Notes: generated by a model not told the origin, from the letters alone. A stretch of 11,455 nucleotides of DNA from Promethearchaeia archaeon (GCA_046497275.1 JAWOFX010000069.1:1-11455); one strand, 5' to 3'; positions 1 to 7,153 are shown, counted from the first letter of the stretch. Numbers and translations are program-made.

Positions 1-92
1 ACAAATGTGAACGCGGTGCACCTTCCAAATCTAGGATTTAAGTTTGAATTTAAACCCCCTTTTCCAAAAGATGGGACTCCTAAAATTGTCAT
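1..92 (-). CDS. NifB/NifX-family (dinitrogenase Fe-Mo cofactor biosynthesis domain, COG1433-like) protein, 5' part only; runs off the window edge
   Basis: Not in the ORF track. Hand translation of the reverse strand from ATG at 92 gives MTILGVPSFGKGGLNSNLNPRFGRCTAFTF(V), matching the family N-terminal pattern hhhP...GL......(H/R)FGR(C/A)..F.hV. An AGAGGT RBS-like motif lies at 105-110 on the minus strand. Confidence 0.8.
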   Translation of the reverse strand, partial: MTILGVPSFGKGGLNSNLNPRFGRCTAFTF

Positions 93-289
93 TTTTCGAA
101 TTTTACCTCTTTAATTATGATAATTTTTTATCGATTAAAATATTATTTCGAATAATCATTCATTTCTTTATATAGATAAAATTATAGTGCTATAAAAAGT
201 TAATCCCAATATTTAATTATATTATCAATCTATTCTCAAAAATACAATTTCTCATCTAATAGAGATATAATACATTAGAATAAAATTAG

Positions 290-297
290 AAAAAAAA
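290..297 (-). terminator. Oligo-T terminator candidate for the M28 peptidase gene
   Basis: An A8 run on + (T8 on -) lies 17 nt past the stop codon at 315-317, typical of archaeal U-tract terminators. Confidence 0.45.
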
Positions 298-314
298 GAT
301 TTTAATGAATTAGA

Positions 315-1502
315 TTAATCTTCATCGACTAATTCAACATAGTGGAGAGCAATTTCTGCTCCTTTCGCAATATTTTTTCCGTTTAATCTTTCTGGGGTAT
401 CTCTTAACGTATGCCAGTCTGCAGGAGTTCCTTTTTTAGCTTGACCAAATAATGTCGCAGCATCGAGACCTTTTCTCGAAAAATTAGCTGAATCGCTTCC
501 TGCAAATTTTAATGGACCGACTTCAATTTCGATTCCTAAATCCTCTGCTGCTTTCTTTCCAGTTTCTACGACTTTATCTGAATGAGTTGCAAAAAATAAG
601 TTTTCTGCTGTTGCTAATAAGAAAATGTCTCCACTTAAGCATTCCAAATTGAATAATGTCGCATTACGATTTTCAAGCTCTTCCTTATTCATGGAAACGA
701 ATCTCTTGGAACCTCGCATATGTTCCTCTCCCGCAAAACTCACAATCCATAGTTCTGTTTCTTCTGGTCTATTTTCCTCTTTAGAAAAATATTTTCCGAT
801 TTCCAGTATTGCCGCAACCGCTGTCAAATTATCATTCGCTCCTAAAACGCCTTTATTAGAACGTAAAAATATAGCAATAATTAGTATTAAGGGTACTCCG
901 ATTATGAACAAGATTATCTGAATAAAATCGATTAAATAAAAATTAATAAATGTCCTTAATAGTGCAAAAATCATATTGAGTATGGATATTACCAGAGTGA
1001 ACATAATTAGATATCTTGACGCCCCACCAAGTTTGCTTAATAGAGGGAATTCATATGCTGAATCATGGTGACCTCCAAGTAATACTAATTTTTTGGGTTC
1101 ATTTTTCGGTTTAATTTTTCCAATAACATGAAATGACTCCACTTTAGGAAAGAGGAAATCAACAATCTCTAAGGTTAAACATTGTTGAGCGAAATAGATC
1201 AAGATTCCAACTAAAATGAGGATGAGTGATATTAACGGAATGAAAAAATAGCTTAAAACACCGAGTACATAGAATATTGCTGTGATCCAGATATAGTCTA
1301 GAAATCCTCCGGGATGACATTCAAATTCTTGGGTTTCAACTTCATCACAAAACTTAGACATTTCTTCTCGAATAATATTTCCTGCTTTTTCTTCTCCTTT
1401 AGAACCTCCAACACGAGGTCCTACATCTTCACAGATTCTAGTAACAAATTCAACCATTTGCTTTCCAGAAGGATCTAGCTTAGTTTGAGTTTTTTCTGTC
1501 AT
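315..1502 (-). CDS. Membrane-embedded M28-family zinc peptidase (about 4 TM helices inserted in the catalytic domain)
   Basis: M28 motifs in order: GPRxxGS..E..A, GHHDS (H148), GANDN (D227), GEE (E262/E263), NLE (E290), SD, WHTxxDT (H367), numbered on the supplied translation. Hydrophobic segments at about aa 73-108 and 167-216. The ATG at 1502 is preferred over the GTG at 1511 because that GTGA looks like the RBS. Confidence 0.9.
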   Translation of the reverse strand: MTEKTQTKLDPSGKQMVEFVTRICEDVGPRVGGSKGEEKAGNIIREEMSKFCDEVETQEFECHPGGFLDYIWITAIFYVLGVLSYFFIPLISLILILVGILIYFAQQCLTLEIVDFLFPKVESFHVIGKIKPKNEPKKLVLLGGHHDSAYEFPLLSKLGGASRYLIMFTLVISILNMIFALLRTFINFYLIDFIQIILFIIGVPLILIIAIFLRSNKGVLGANDNLTAVAAILEIGKYFSKEENRPEETELWIVSFAGEEHMRGSKRFVSMNKEELENRNATLFNLECLSGDIFLLATAENLFFATHSDKVVETGKKAAEDLGIEIEVGPLKFAGSDSANFSRKGLDAATLFGQAKKGTPADWHTLRDTPERLNGKNIAKGAEIALHYVELVDED

Positions 1503-1653
1503 TTTAATCACTTACTTGAATTTAAAGTGTTTAATTATACATTTAGTAATTTATCATAGTTATTTATAGTTGTAATATTACGGACAATATTATTTTTGAC
1601 CTAAGATCAAATAACAGTATGTATAATATTAAATGATAATAATTCAAAAATTT

Positions 1654-1668
1654 CGAAAATCTTATAAT
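1654..1668 (+). promoter_or_regulatory. Candidate BRE-TATA promoter for the GTPase gene
   Basis: CGAAAAT-CTTATAAT: a purine-rich BRE-like element directly followed by a TATA-like box, about 105 nt upstream of the ATG. The region is very AT-rich, so other TATA candidates exist. Confidence 0.35.
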
Positions 1669-1773
1669 AGTGTAGTTACTTATATCTATTTGATAGGGTT
1701 TAGTATATATTTTACGCTAAGTCACTGAGGTATTTAAATTTAATAGAATTAAGAGTTTTATGGCTGTAAGGGT

Positions 1774-2313
1774 ATGTCACATCATCTTGATCGCTTATAT
1801 AAAATCTGCATTGTTGGGGATGGAGCTGTCGGGAAAACTACAATCCTACACCAATATGTAGATGATAAATTTGTGGAGGATACCAAAGTCACTATTGGTA
1901 CAAATCTATTCATAAAAAGAATTACGATACCGGAAATAAACACTAGGGTTACCTTACAGATTTGGGATTTAGGGGGTCAAGAACGGTTTTTTGCAGTAAG
2001 ACCGAATTTCTATGCAGGAGCACATGGAATAATCTATACTTTTGATTTAACTAGATTCTATTCTTTAATTAATCTTAAGAAGTGGAAGGACGAAATAGAT
2101 CGAGTTGTTAAACCTTTTGCGTCTATTTTGATAGGGAATAAAATGGATTTAATAGATCATGATAGAAATCGACCAATATCAAAAGAAGAGGGACATAAAG
2201 CGAAGGAAGATCTTAATGCTTGTTGTTATATCGAAACCAGTGCAAAAGAAAATATTGGAGTTGATAAAGCCTTTCTTAGAATAGCTCAAGAGATCCTTAA
2301 CTCTAAACATTAA
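1774..2313 (+). CDS. Rab-like small GTPase (Ras superfamily)
   Basis: All G boxes are intact: G1 GDGAVGKT, G2 TIG, G3 WDLGGQ, G4 NKMD, G5 ETSAK. Rab-family-like segments: IGTNL, LQIW, RFFAVR, FYAGA, YTFDLT. No C-terminal Cys prenylation motif. Confidence 0.95.
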   Translation: MSHHLDRLYKICIVGDGAVGKTTILHQYVDDKFVEDTKVTIGTNLFIKRITIPEINTRVTLQIWDLGGQERFFAVRPNFYAGAHGIIYTFDLTRFYSLINLKKWKDEIDRVVKPFASILIGNKMDLIDHDRNRPISKEEGHKAKEDLNACCYIETSAKENIGVDKAFLRIAQEILNSKH

Positions 2314-2376
2314 TAATATCCTAAGGAATCAGTTTTTCTATATAACTCTCTCTATTATCTCTAGAGTATTAATCTC

Positions 2377-2393
2377 AAAAAAAGGGAAAAAAA
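2377..2393 (-). terminator. Oligo-T terminator candidate for the MBL-fold gene (convergent with the GTPase gene)
   Basis: A7-GGG-A7 on + reads as two T7 tracts on -, starting 12 nt past the stop at 2406-2408. Confidence 0.45.
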
Positions 2394-2405
2394 CACTATT
2401 AATTT

Positions 2406-3245
2406 TTATGAAATGATCTCTTGCTTTTCCTCAAAATGTAATATTTTAACATTTACTTCAGGAAAATTTCGTTCCATTGCTTTTAAAAGAGGGCTTAAGT
2501 CTTCCGTTCGACTAATGGGAGGGAAGAAGTCATCCCAATGATGTGGGATTAAGACTTTTGGACTTAATAACTCCACTAATTTTAAAGTTTTCTCAGTCAA
2601 ATGCTTTTTACTATTACCCGCATAAGGAATTAGTAGAACATCGCAATTCACATATTTTTCCAGTTCTTCTAAATTCTCCGTACATAAACTCCCAAATGTG
2701 AGTATATTGTGATTATTATATTTAATGTTATATCCAAAAACGTTTCCTAATGGAAAACCACGTCCATAAGCAGATACAGTTCTCAATTTTTTGATAAATT
2801 TCCATGAAAACAACCGGCTTAATATGGTATTCGCATCGAACTTTATATGGCAAGATTTAATAGGATTAACATCAACATTTTCAGAAACTTGAATTGAATC
2901 AGAATTATTAATGATATGAATATTGTTTTCTGCTCGCTCTGAAAACTCATGGGAATAATCCTCTATTATTTCTCCATTAACCCATTTTATTATATTTTTT
3001 TTCGTGGTTTCGGAACAATAGACGGGAACATCACGATTTTCAGCAAACCAACCTGCTTCTGTTATATGATCAAAATGAGCATGCGTTATAAAAATAGCGT
3101 CAAGAGTATCCAAATTCTCGGGTTTTGTTTTGATTGAGGGTTCTGCTTGTTCATTTCTGAGAAAAAAAGGATCAAATAAAATATTTACCTCATCCAAATG
3201 GGCAATAAAGCAAGCAGTCCCAAACCAAGTAAATTTTAAAGTCAT
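2406..3245 (-). CDS. MBL-fold metallo-hydrolase (COG2220/UPF0173-like), substrate unknown
   Basis: N-terminal TWFGTAC...DPF, metal motif THAHFDH (HxHxDH, 3066-3086), a later SCH, and C-terminal IPHHWD. Confidence 0.9.
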   Translation of the reverse strand: MTLKFTWFGTACFIAHLDEVNILFDPFFLRNEQAEPSIKTKPENLDTLDAIFITHAHFDHITEAGWFAENRDVPVYCSETTKKNIIKWVNGEIIEDYSHEFSERAENNIHIINNSDSIQVSENVDVNPIKSCHIKFDANTILSRLFSWKFIKKLRTVSAYGRGFPLGNVFGYNIKYNNHNILTFGSLCTENLEELEKYVNCDVLLIPYAGNSKKHLTEKTLKLVELLSPKVLIPHHWDDFFPPISRTEDLSPLLKAMERNFPEVNVKILHFEEKQEIIS

Positions 3246-3462
3246 TTTAAAATAATTGACTATAATAGATCTAATTTTAATATATTAAAGATAATATCTT
3301 ATAATTAAAGTTAAGTACTATTTACTTTATTACAAATGTAAAAAAACAAAAAATTTCTTAATAAATAATTCTATTTTAGTATAGATCTTACTATAATTTA
3401 CGAGGTTTTTAGAAAAAAGATATAATTATATAAATCTATAGAATTCTATATATTTAATATTT

Positions 3463-3470
3463 TTTATATA
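3463..3470 (+). promoter_or_regulatory. TATA box candidate for the RCK-domain gene
   Basis: Consensus archaeal TTTATATA about 60 nt upstream of the ATG at 3532, with an AGAGGT RBS-like motif at 3515-3520. Confidence 0.45.
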
Positions 3471-3531
3471 TAGAAGCCTTAAATCTGAATTTTAACATAT
3501 TATTATAAAAGAAAAGAGGTAGAACCTAAAA

Positions 3532-4692
3532 ATGAGTTTAATGAATTATTTGATTGAAATCCATCTTAAAGTGAAACAGTATAAGTATCCATTCCTATTC
3601 TTATTCTTATTTTGGTTATCTGGGTTTATTTATTTTTTTATTACCGAACCAATCCATGAAATTGGGGCTGTCTTTCTCTATTCGTTTACCATAAGATCAC
3701 CTACAGTTAGTAATGATTTTACCAAATTTTATGCCTTAATATGGCCCATAGTTTTAGAAGTGATTGTCTTTGGATTTATAGTTGGAGAATTGTTGGAAAA
3801 ATATAATCCTATAATCACCAGTAGAATCCTATGTCGACATATACACAATCATACAGTAATAATAGGAATCGACCATCTTTCAACTCGAATTATTGAATAT
3901 TGTATTGAAAATAAAGAAAGATTTTGCATAATTGAAGACAATGAAGAATTAGTAGAAGTTTATATTAATAATGGATATCCCGTATTAGTTGGAGATCCTA
4001 CTGAAACTAATAATCTAATTAATGCAAATATTGATGATGCGAAAGAAGTCTTCATCTGTACTAATGATGTTAGAATATCAATTATATCTTCAGAAAAAAT
4101 ACGCAATTACAATAAAGATTGTCCTATATATGTAAGGATTTTTGAAAAACATGTACATGAATATCTCCAACAAGATCCTATTAATGCTTTCGCATTTTCC
4201 ACTTCTAAATGGGCAATGGATGCAGTTTGCAAATGGTGTCAAGCAAGTAAGGGAAATGCGATTATAATCGGAAGAGATCATCTATGCCATCGACTAGCAT
4301 ATGATATATCTACCCAAGAAGGACGAGAAGTATATCTTTTCGATGAGATTCATGAAGGAATAGAATTTCCAGAAAACGAGAATTTACATATAATTAATGA
4401 TTTCCCACGATTCTTAAGTGATTTACGAGATTATGTCAATTTAGATGATATATCCCAAGTATACATCTACTGGTCCAGTACAGAACAATTTGATATAGCA
4501 ATATATTTAACATCAAAAATAAACTTACGATATCCCCATATAGAGATATTTATCCGTGTCTTTGATGATGAATTAATTGACCTTGTGAAACGATATAATG
4601 CAAAAACCTTCTCTTCATCACTTTATGCGTTCAAATTGCTCCAAAATAAAGTTCCAAAAAATTCTTCAATCGCACTAAAATATAAAAAATAA
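3532..4692 (+). CDS. MthK/GsuK-like membrane protein with two TM helices and tandem RCK (TrkA-N) domains, lacking the TVGYG filter
   Basis: TM1 at about aa 20-38, a pore-helix-like segment at aa 44-54, TM2 at about aa 63-88. RCK1 has HTVIIG...GDPT...ANIDDAKEV (MthK has HVVICG...GDPT...ANVRGARAV). RCK2 has NAIIIGRDHL...IFIRVFD. There is no GYG anywhere in the membrane region. Confidence 0.85.
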   Translation: MSLMNYLIEIHLKVKQYKYPFLFLFLFWLSGFIYFFITEPIHEIGAVFLYSFTIRSPTVSNDFTKFYALIWPIVLEVIVFGFIVGELLEKYNPIITSRILCRHIHNHTVIIGIDHLSTRIIEYCIENKERFCIIEDNEELVEVYINNGYPVLVGDPTETNNLINANIDDAKEVFICTNDVRISIISSEKIRNYNKDCPIYVRIFEKHVHEYLQQDPINAFAFSTSKWAMDAVCKWCQASKGNAIIIGRDHLCHRLAYDISTQEGREVYLFDEIHEGIEFPENENLHIINDFPRFLSDLRDYVNLDDISQVYIYWSSTEQFDIAIYLTSKINLRYPHIEIFIRVFDDELIDLVKRYNAKTFSSSLYAFKLLQNKVPKNSSIALKYKK

Positions 4693-4703
4693 ATGTTAAT
4701 CTA

Positions 4704-4718
4704 TTTCTTTCTTCTTTT
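4704..4718 (+). terminator. U-rich terminator candidate after the RCK gene
   Basis: Pyrimidine tract TTTCTTTCTTCTTTT starting 11 nt after the stop. It shares TTTCTTCTTTT with the tract after mrp. Confidence 0.45.
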
Positions 4719-4962
4719 ATTAGGTATTTTACGGTTTTAATTAGTTATTTATAAATGCAACATTTTTTAGTGAATAAATATTCATTTGCTTAGCATTAAA
4801 AATATTCTATAATTAAACTCACTTCTCAGATATTAAAAAATAACTAAGTTATGGGCAACGCTACATAAATTATTAACAATTAGAATTAAAGAGAGTGGGT
4901 ATTAATTAAAACATATAAAAAAAATTAATTGAAACGAATTATTTATTTAGAGTGAACAAAAA

Positions 4963-5847
4963 ATGACGGAAAAAGAAATTCCAGATAATTTAGATGTAAA
5001 GGAACAAGCTGCAGAACAGAAACGATCGGAGATGCAACAGAGGGAGAAAGATATAGAAAAGAATATGGCTAAAATAAAGCACAAATTAGTAATAATTTCT
5101 GGGAAAGGAGGAGTAGGGAAAACAACTGTGGCGGTAAATCTTGCTATGAGTTTGGCGAGTTACGGATTAGATGTCGGAATAATGGATGTTGATATTACGG
5201 GACCGAATGTAACCAAAATGTTAGGTGTGAGTAATGAATTGAAACCGATGGTTGTTCAAGGTGAAAAGAAATTTTATCCGGTCAAGGGTCCAATGGGAAT
5301 TAAAGTACTTAGCATGTCATTTCTTACAGAAAATACTGATACTCCAGTTATTTGGAGAGGACCAATGAAGATGGGTGCTATTCGGCAATTCTTAGGAGAT
5401 GCTAAATGGGGCGAGCTTGATTATATCGTGTTTGATCTGCCGCCTGGTACTTCTGATGAGACCTTAGATATATTACAATTGATTCCTGATGAAAATGTCA
5501 TTGTTGTGAGTACTCCTCAAGAAGTTGCTCTTATGGACGCACGGAAAACAATCAAAATGACTCAAATAATGGAGAGGAAAGTCTTGGGAATTATTGAGAA
5601 TATGTCCGGTTTCAAATGTCCACATTGTGGAAAGTATATTGATTTATATCCTCCTGGAGGTGCTAAGAAAGCAGCTAAAGATTTTGATGTTGAATTATTA
5701 GGGCAGGTACCTTTTGAGACTGAAGTAAGCGTACAAGGGGATCAAGGCTTACCCTTTGTAGTTAAATATCCAGATTCGGAAAGCGCGAAAGCTTTTAAGG
5801 ATATTGTTAAGACCATAAGAGAACGTTTAGAAAAAGGTTCTAATTAA
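4963..5847 (+). CDS. mrp: Mrp/NBP35 (ApbC) family Fe-S cluster carrier ATPase
   Basis: Deviant Walker A SGKGGVGKTT, DVDITGPNV, VIWRGPMK, DLPPGTSDE, STPQ, and ENMS..CPHCG (bridging Fe-S CxxC). RBS-like GAGTGA at 4950-4955. Confidence 0.95.
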   Translation: MTEKEIPDNLDVKEQAAEQKRSEMQQREKDIEKNMAKIKHKLVIISGKGGVGKTTVAVNLAMSLASYGLDVGIMDVDITGPNVTKMLGVSNELKPMVVQGEKKFYPVKGPMGIKVLSMSFLTENTDTPVIWRGPMKMGAIRQFLGDAKWGELDYIVFDLPPGTSDETLDILQLIPDENVIVVSTPQEVALMDARKTIKMTQIMERKVLGIIENMSGFKCPHCGKYIDLYPPGGAKKAAKDFDVELLGQVPFETEVSVQGDQGLPFVVKYPDSESAKAFKDIVKTIRERLEKGSN

Positions 5848-5853
5848 ATAATC

Positions 5854-5873
5854 TTTTATTTTCTTCTTTTTTT
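5854..5873 (+). terminator. U-rich terminator candidate after mrp
   Basis: TTTTATTTTCTTCTTTTTTT starting 6 nt after the stop. Confidence 0.55.
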
Positions 5874-6051
5874 AAATTATAATTAAAATGGAACTATGTT
5901 AATCATAATCCTTGTTCTCAGCATTTATTATGATTTTTAATATTCAAAATCCCTATTTTTTTTAATTATTGATTTTTTTAGTAATTGTTATAATTTATGA
6001 ATATTTATTCTTTTTTCAAGTGAATTAAAAACTATAAAAGAGGTTTTAATA

Positions 6052-7152
6052 TTGAAGAAATTAGGTTTGATTGTTAATCCAATAGCAGGTATGGGGGGAG
6101 CTGTTGGATTAAAGGGTACTGATGGAGATATTATCGAAGAAGCTATAAAATTAGGAGCAGAACCAGTCACTCCGCATAGAGTAGATACTTTTCTATCTGA
6201 AATTAAAGATAAAAATAATATATATTTTTATGTGGCACCAGAAAAAATGGGAGAATCCTACATAAAAAAAAAGAATCTGGACTATGAAGTTGTGGGTGAA
6301 ATTTCAATAGACACAGATTCATCAGATACAAAACAGATTGCGAAGCAAATGTTAGAATTAGGTATTGATCTATTAATTTTTTGTGGGGGAGATGGAACCG
6401 CAAGAGACATCTATGATGCGATTGATTTACAAATCCCAGTTATTGCAATCCCAGCAGGTGTAAAAATGTTCAGTTCTGTATTTGCTGTTAGTCCCACAGC
6501 AGCTAGTAAATTGTTAGAGAGTTATATGAAAGGAACAGATCTTATAGAGAAAGAAGTATTAGATATTGATGAAGTTGCATACCGAGAAGATAAAATGCAG
6601 TCTAAATTATATGGTTATTTAAAGGTACCTAAGGCTCAAAATCTTATTCAAGCAGGAAAAAAGAGTTCACGAACAGAAAAATCAATAAAAAAAATCAAGA
6701 AAGAGATTGCGAACTACGTTATAGATACCATGCTTGAAGATTGTATTTATTTTTTAGGCCCTGGTACCACTGTGAAAAATATATTGAAAACCCTTGATCT
6801 TCCGTATATATTACTAGGAATTGATGCAGTGTGTAATAAAGAATTAGTTGCTAAGGATGTCAATGAGAAGAAAATTCTTGAGTTAATTCCTGACTTTAAA
6901 ATCGCTAAGATTATAGTGTCTCCTATAGGAGGTCAAGGTTTCATTTTTGGAAGAGGAAGTAAGCAATTTACCCCAGATGTTCTTAGAAAAATTGGAAAAG
7001 AAAATATTATGGTTGTCTCAACAGAGGATAAATTAAAAGATTTAGATTGTTTAAGAGTTGATACAGGAGATAAAGACGTAGATGAAATGTTAAAGGGGTT
7101 TATTAAAGCGATTATTGGATATAATAAAAGAGAATTGATAGAAATCAAGTAA
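6052..7152 (+). CDS. ATP-NAD kinase family protein (COG3199, NADK/DAGK-like; function not established)
   Basis: Characteristic N-terminus GLIVNPIAGMGGAVGLKGTDG, plus GGDGT, PAGVKMFS, GPGTT, GGQGFIFGRGSKQ and RVDTGD. The TTG start is preceded by AGAGGT (6039-6044). Confidence 0.9.
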   Translation: MKKLGLIVNPIAGMGGAVGLKGTDGDIIEEAIKLGAEPVTPHRVDTFLSEIKDKNNIYFYVAPEKMGESYIKKKNLDYEVVGEISIDTDSSDTKQIAKQMLELGIDLLIFCGGDGTARDIYDAIDLQIPVIAIPAGVKMFSSVFAVSPTAASKLLESYMKGTDLIEKEVLDIDEVAYREDKMQSKLYGYLKVPKAQNLIQAGKKSSRTEKSIKKIKKEIANYVIDTMLEDCIYFLGPGTTVKNILKTLDLPYILLGIDAVCNKELVAKDVNEKKILELIPDFKIAKIIVSPIGGQGFIFGRGSKQFTPDVLRKIGKENIMVVSTEDKLKDLDCLRVDTGDKDVDEMLKGFIKAIIGYNKRELIEIK

Positions 7153-7153
7153 A

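Noticed and set aside
625-921. 98-aa plus-strand ORF
   Set aside because: Fully antisense to the M28 peptidase catalytic region, with no motifs; a shadow ORF.
2949-3137. 62-aa plus-strand ORF
   Set aside because: Antisense to the HxHxDH region of the MBL gene; no recognisable features.
3517-3527. AGGT-AGA-ACCT mini-hairpin over the RBS of the RCK gene
   Set aside because: A 4-bp stem with a 3-nt loop is too weak to claim as a thermometer or riboswitch.
4090-4281. 63-aa minus-strand ORF with several Cys (CLTPFANCIHCP)
   Set aside because: Antisense within the RCK gene. The Cys spacing is suggestive, but there is no RBS or promoter and the sense gene explains the sequence.
5988-6170. 60-aa minus-strand ORF
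   Set aside because: Antisense to the highly conserved N-terminus of the COG3199 kinase.
6203-7148. Minus-strand ORFs 6203-6403 and 6933-7148
   Set aside because: Both are short shadows inside the kinase gene.
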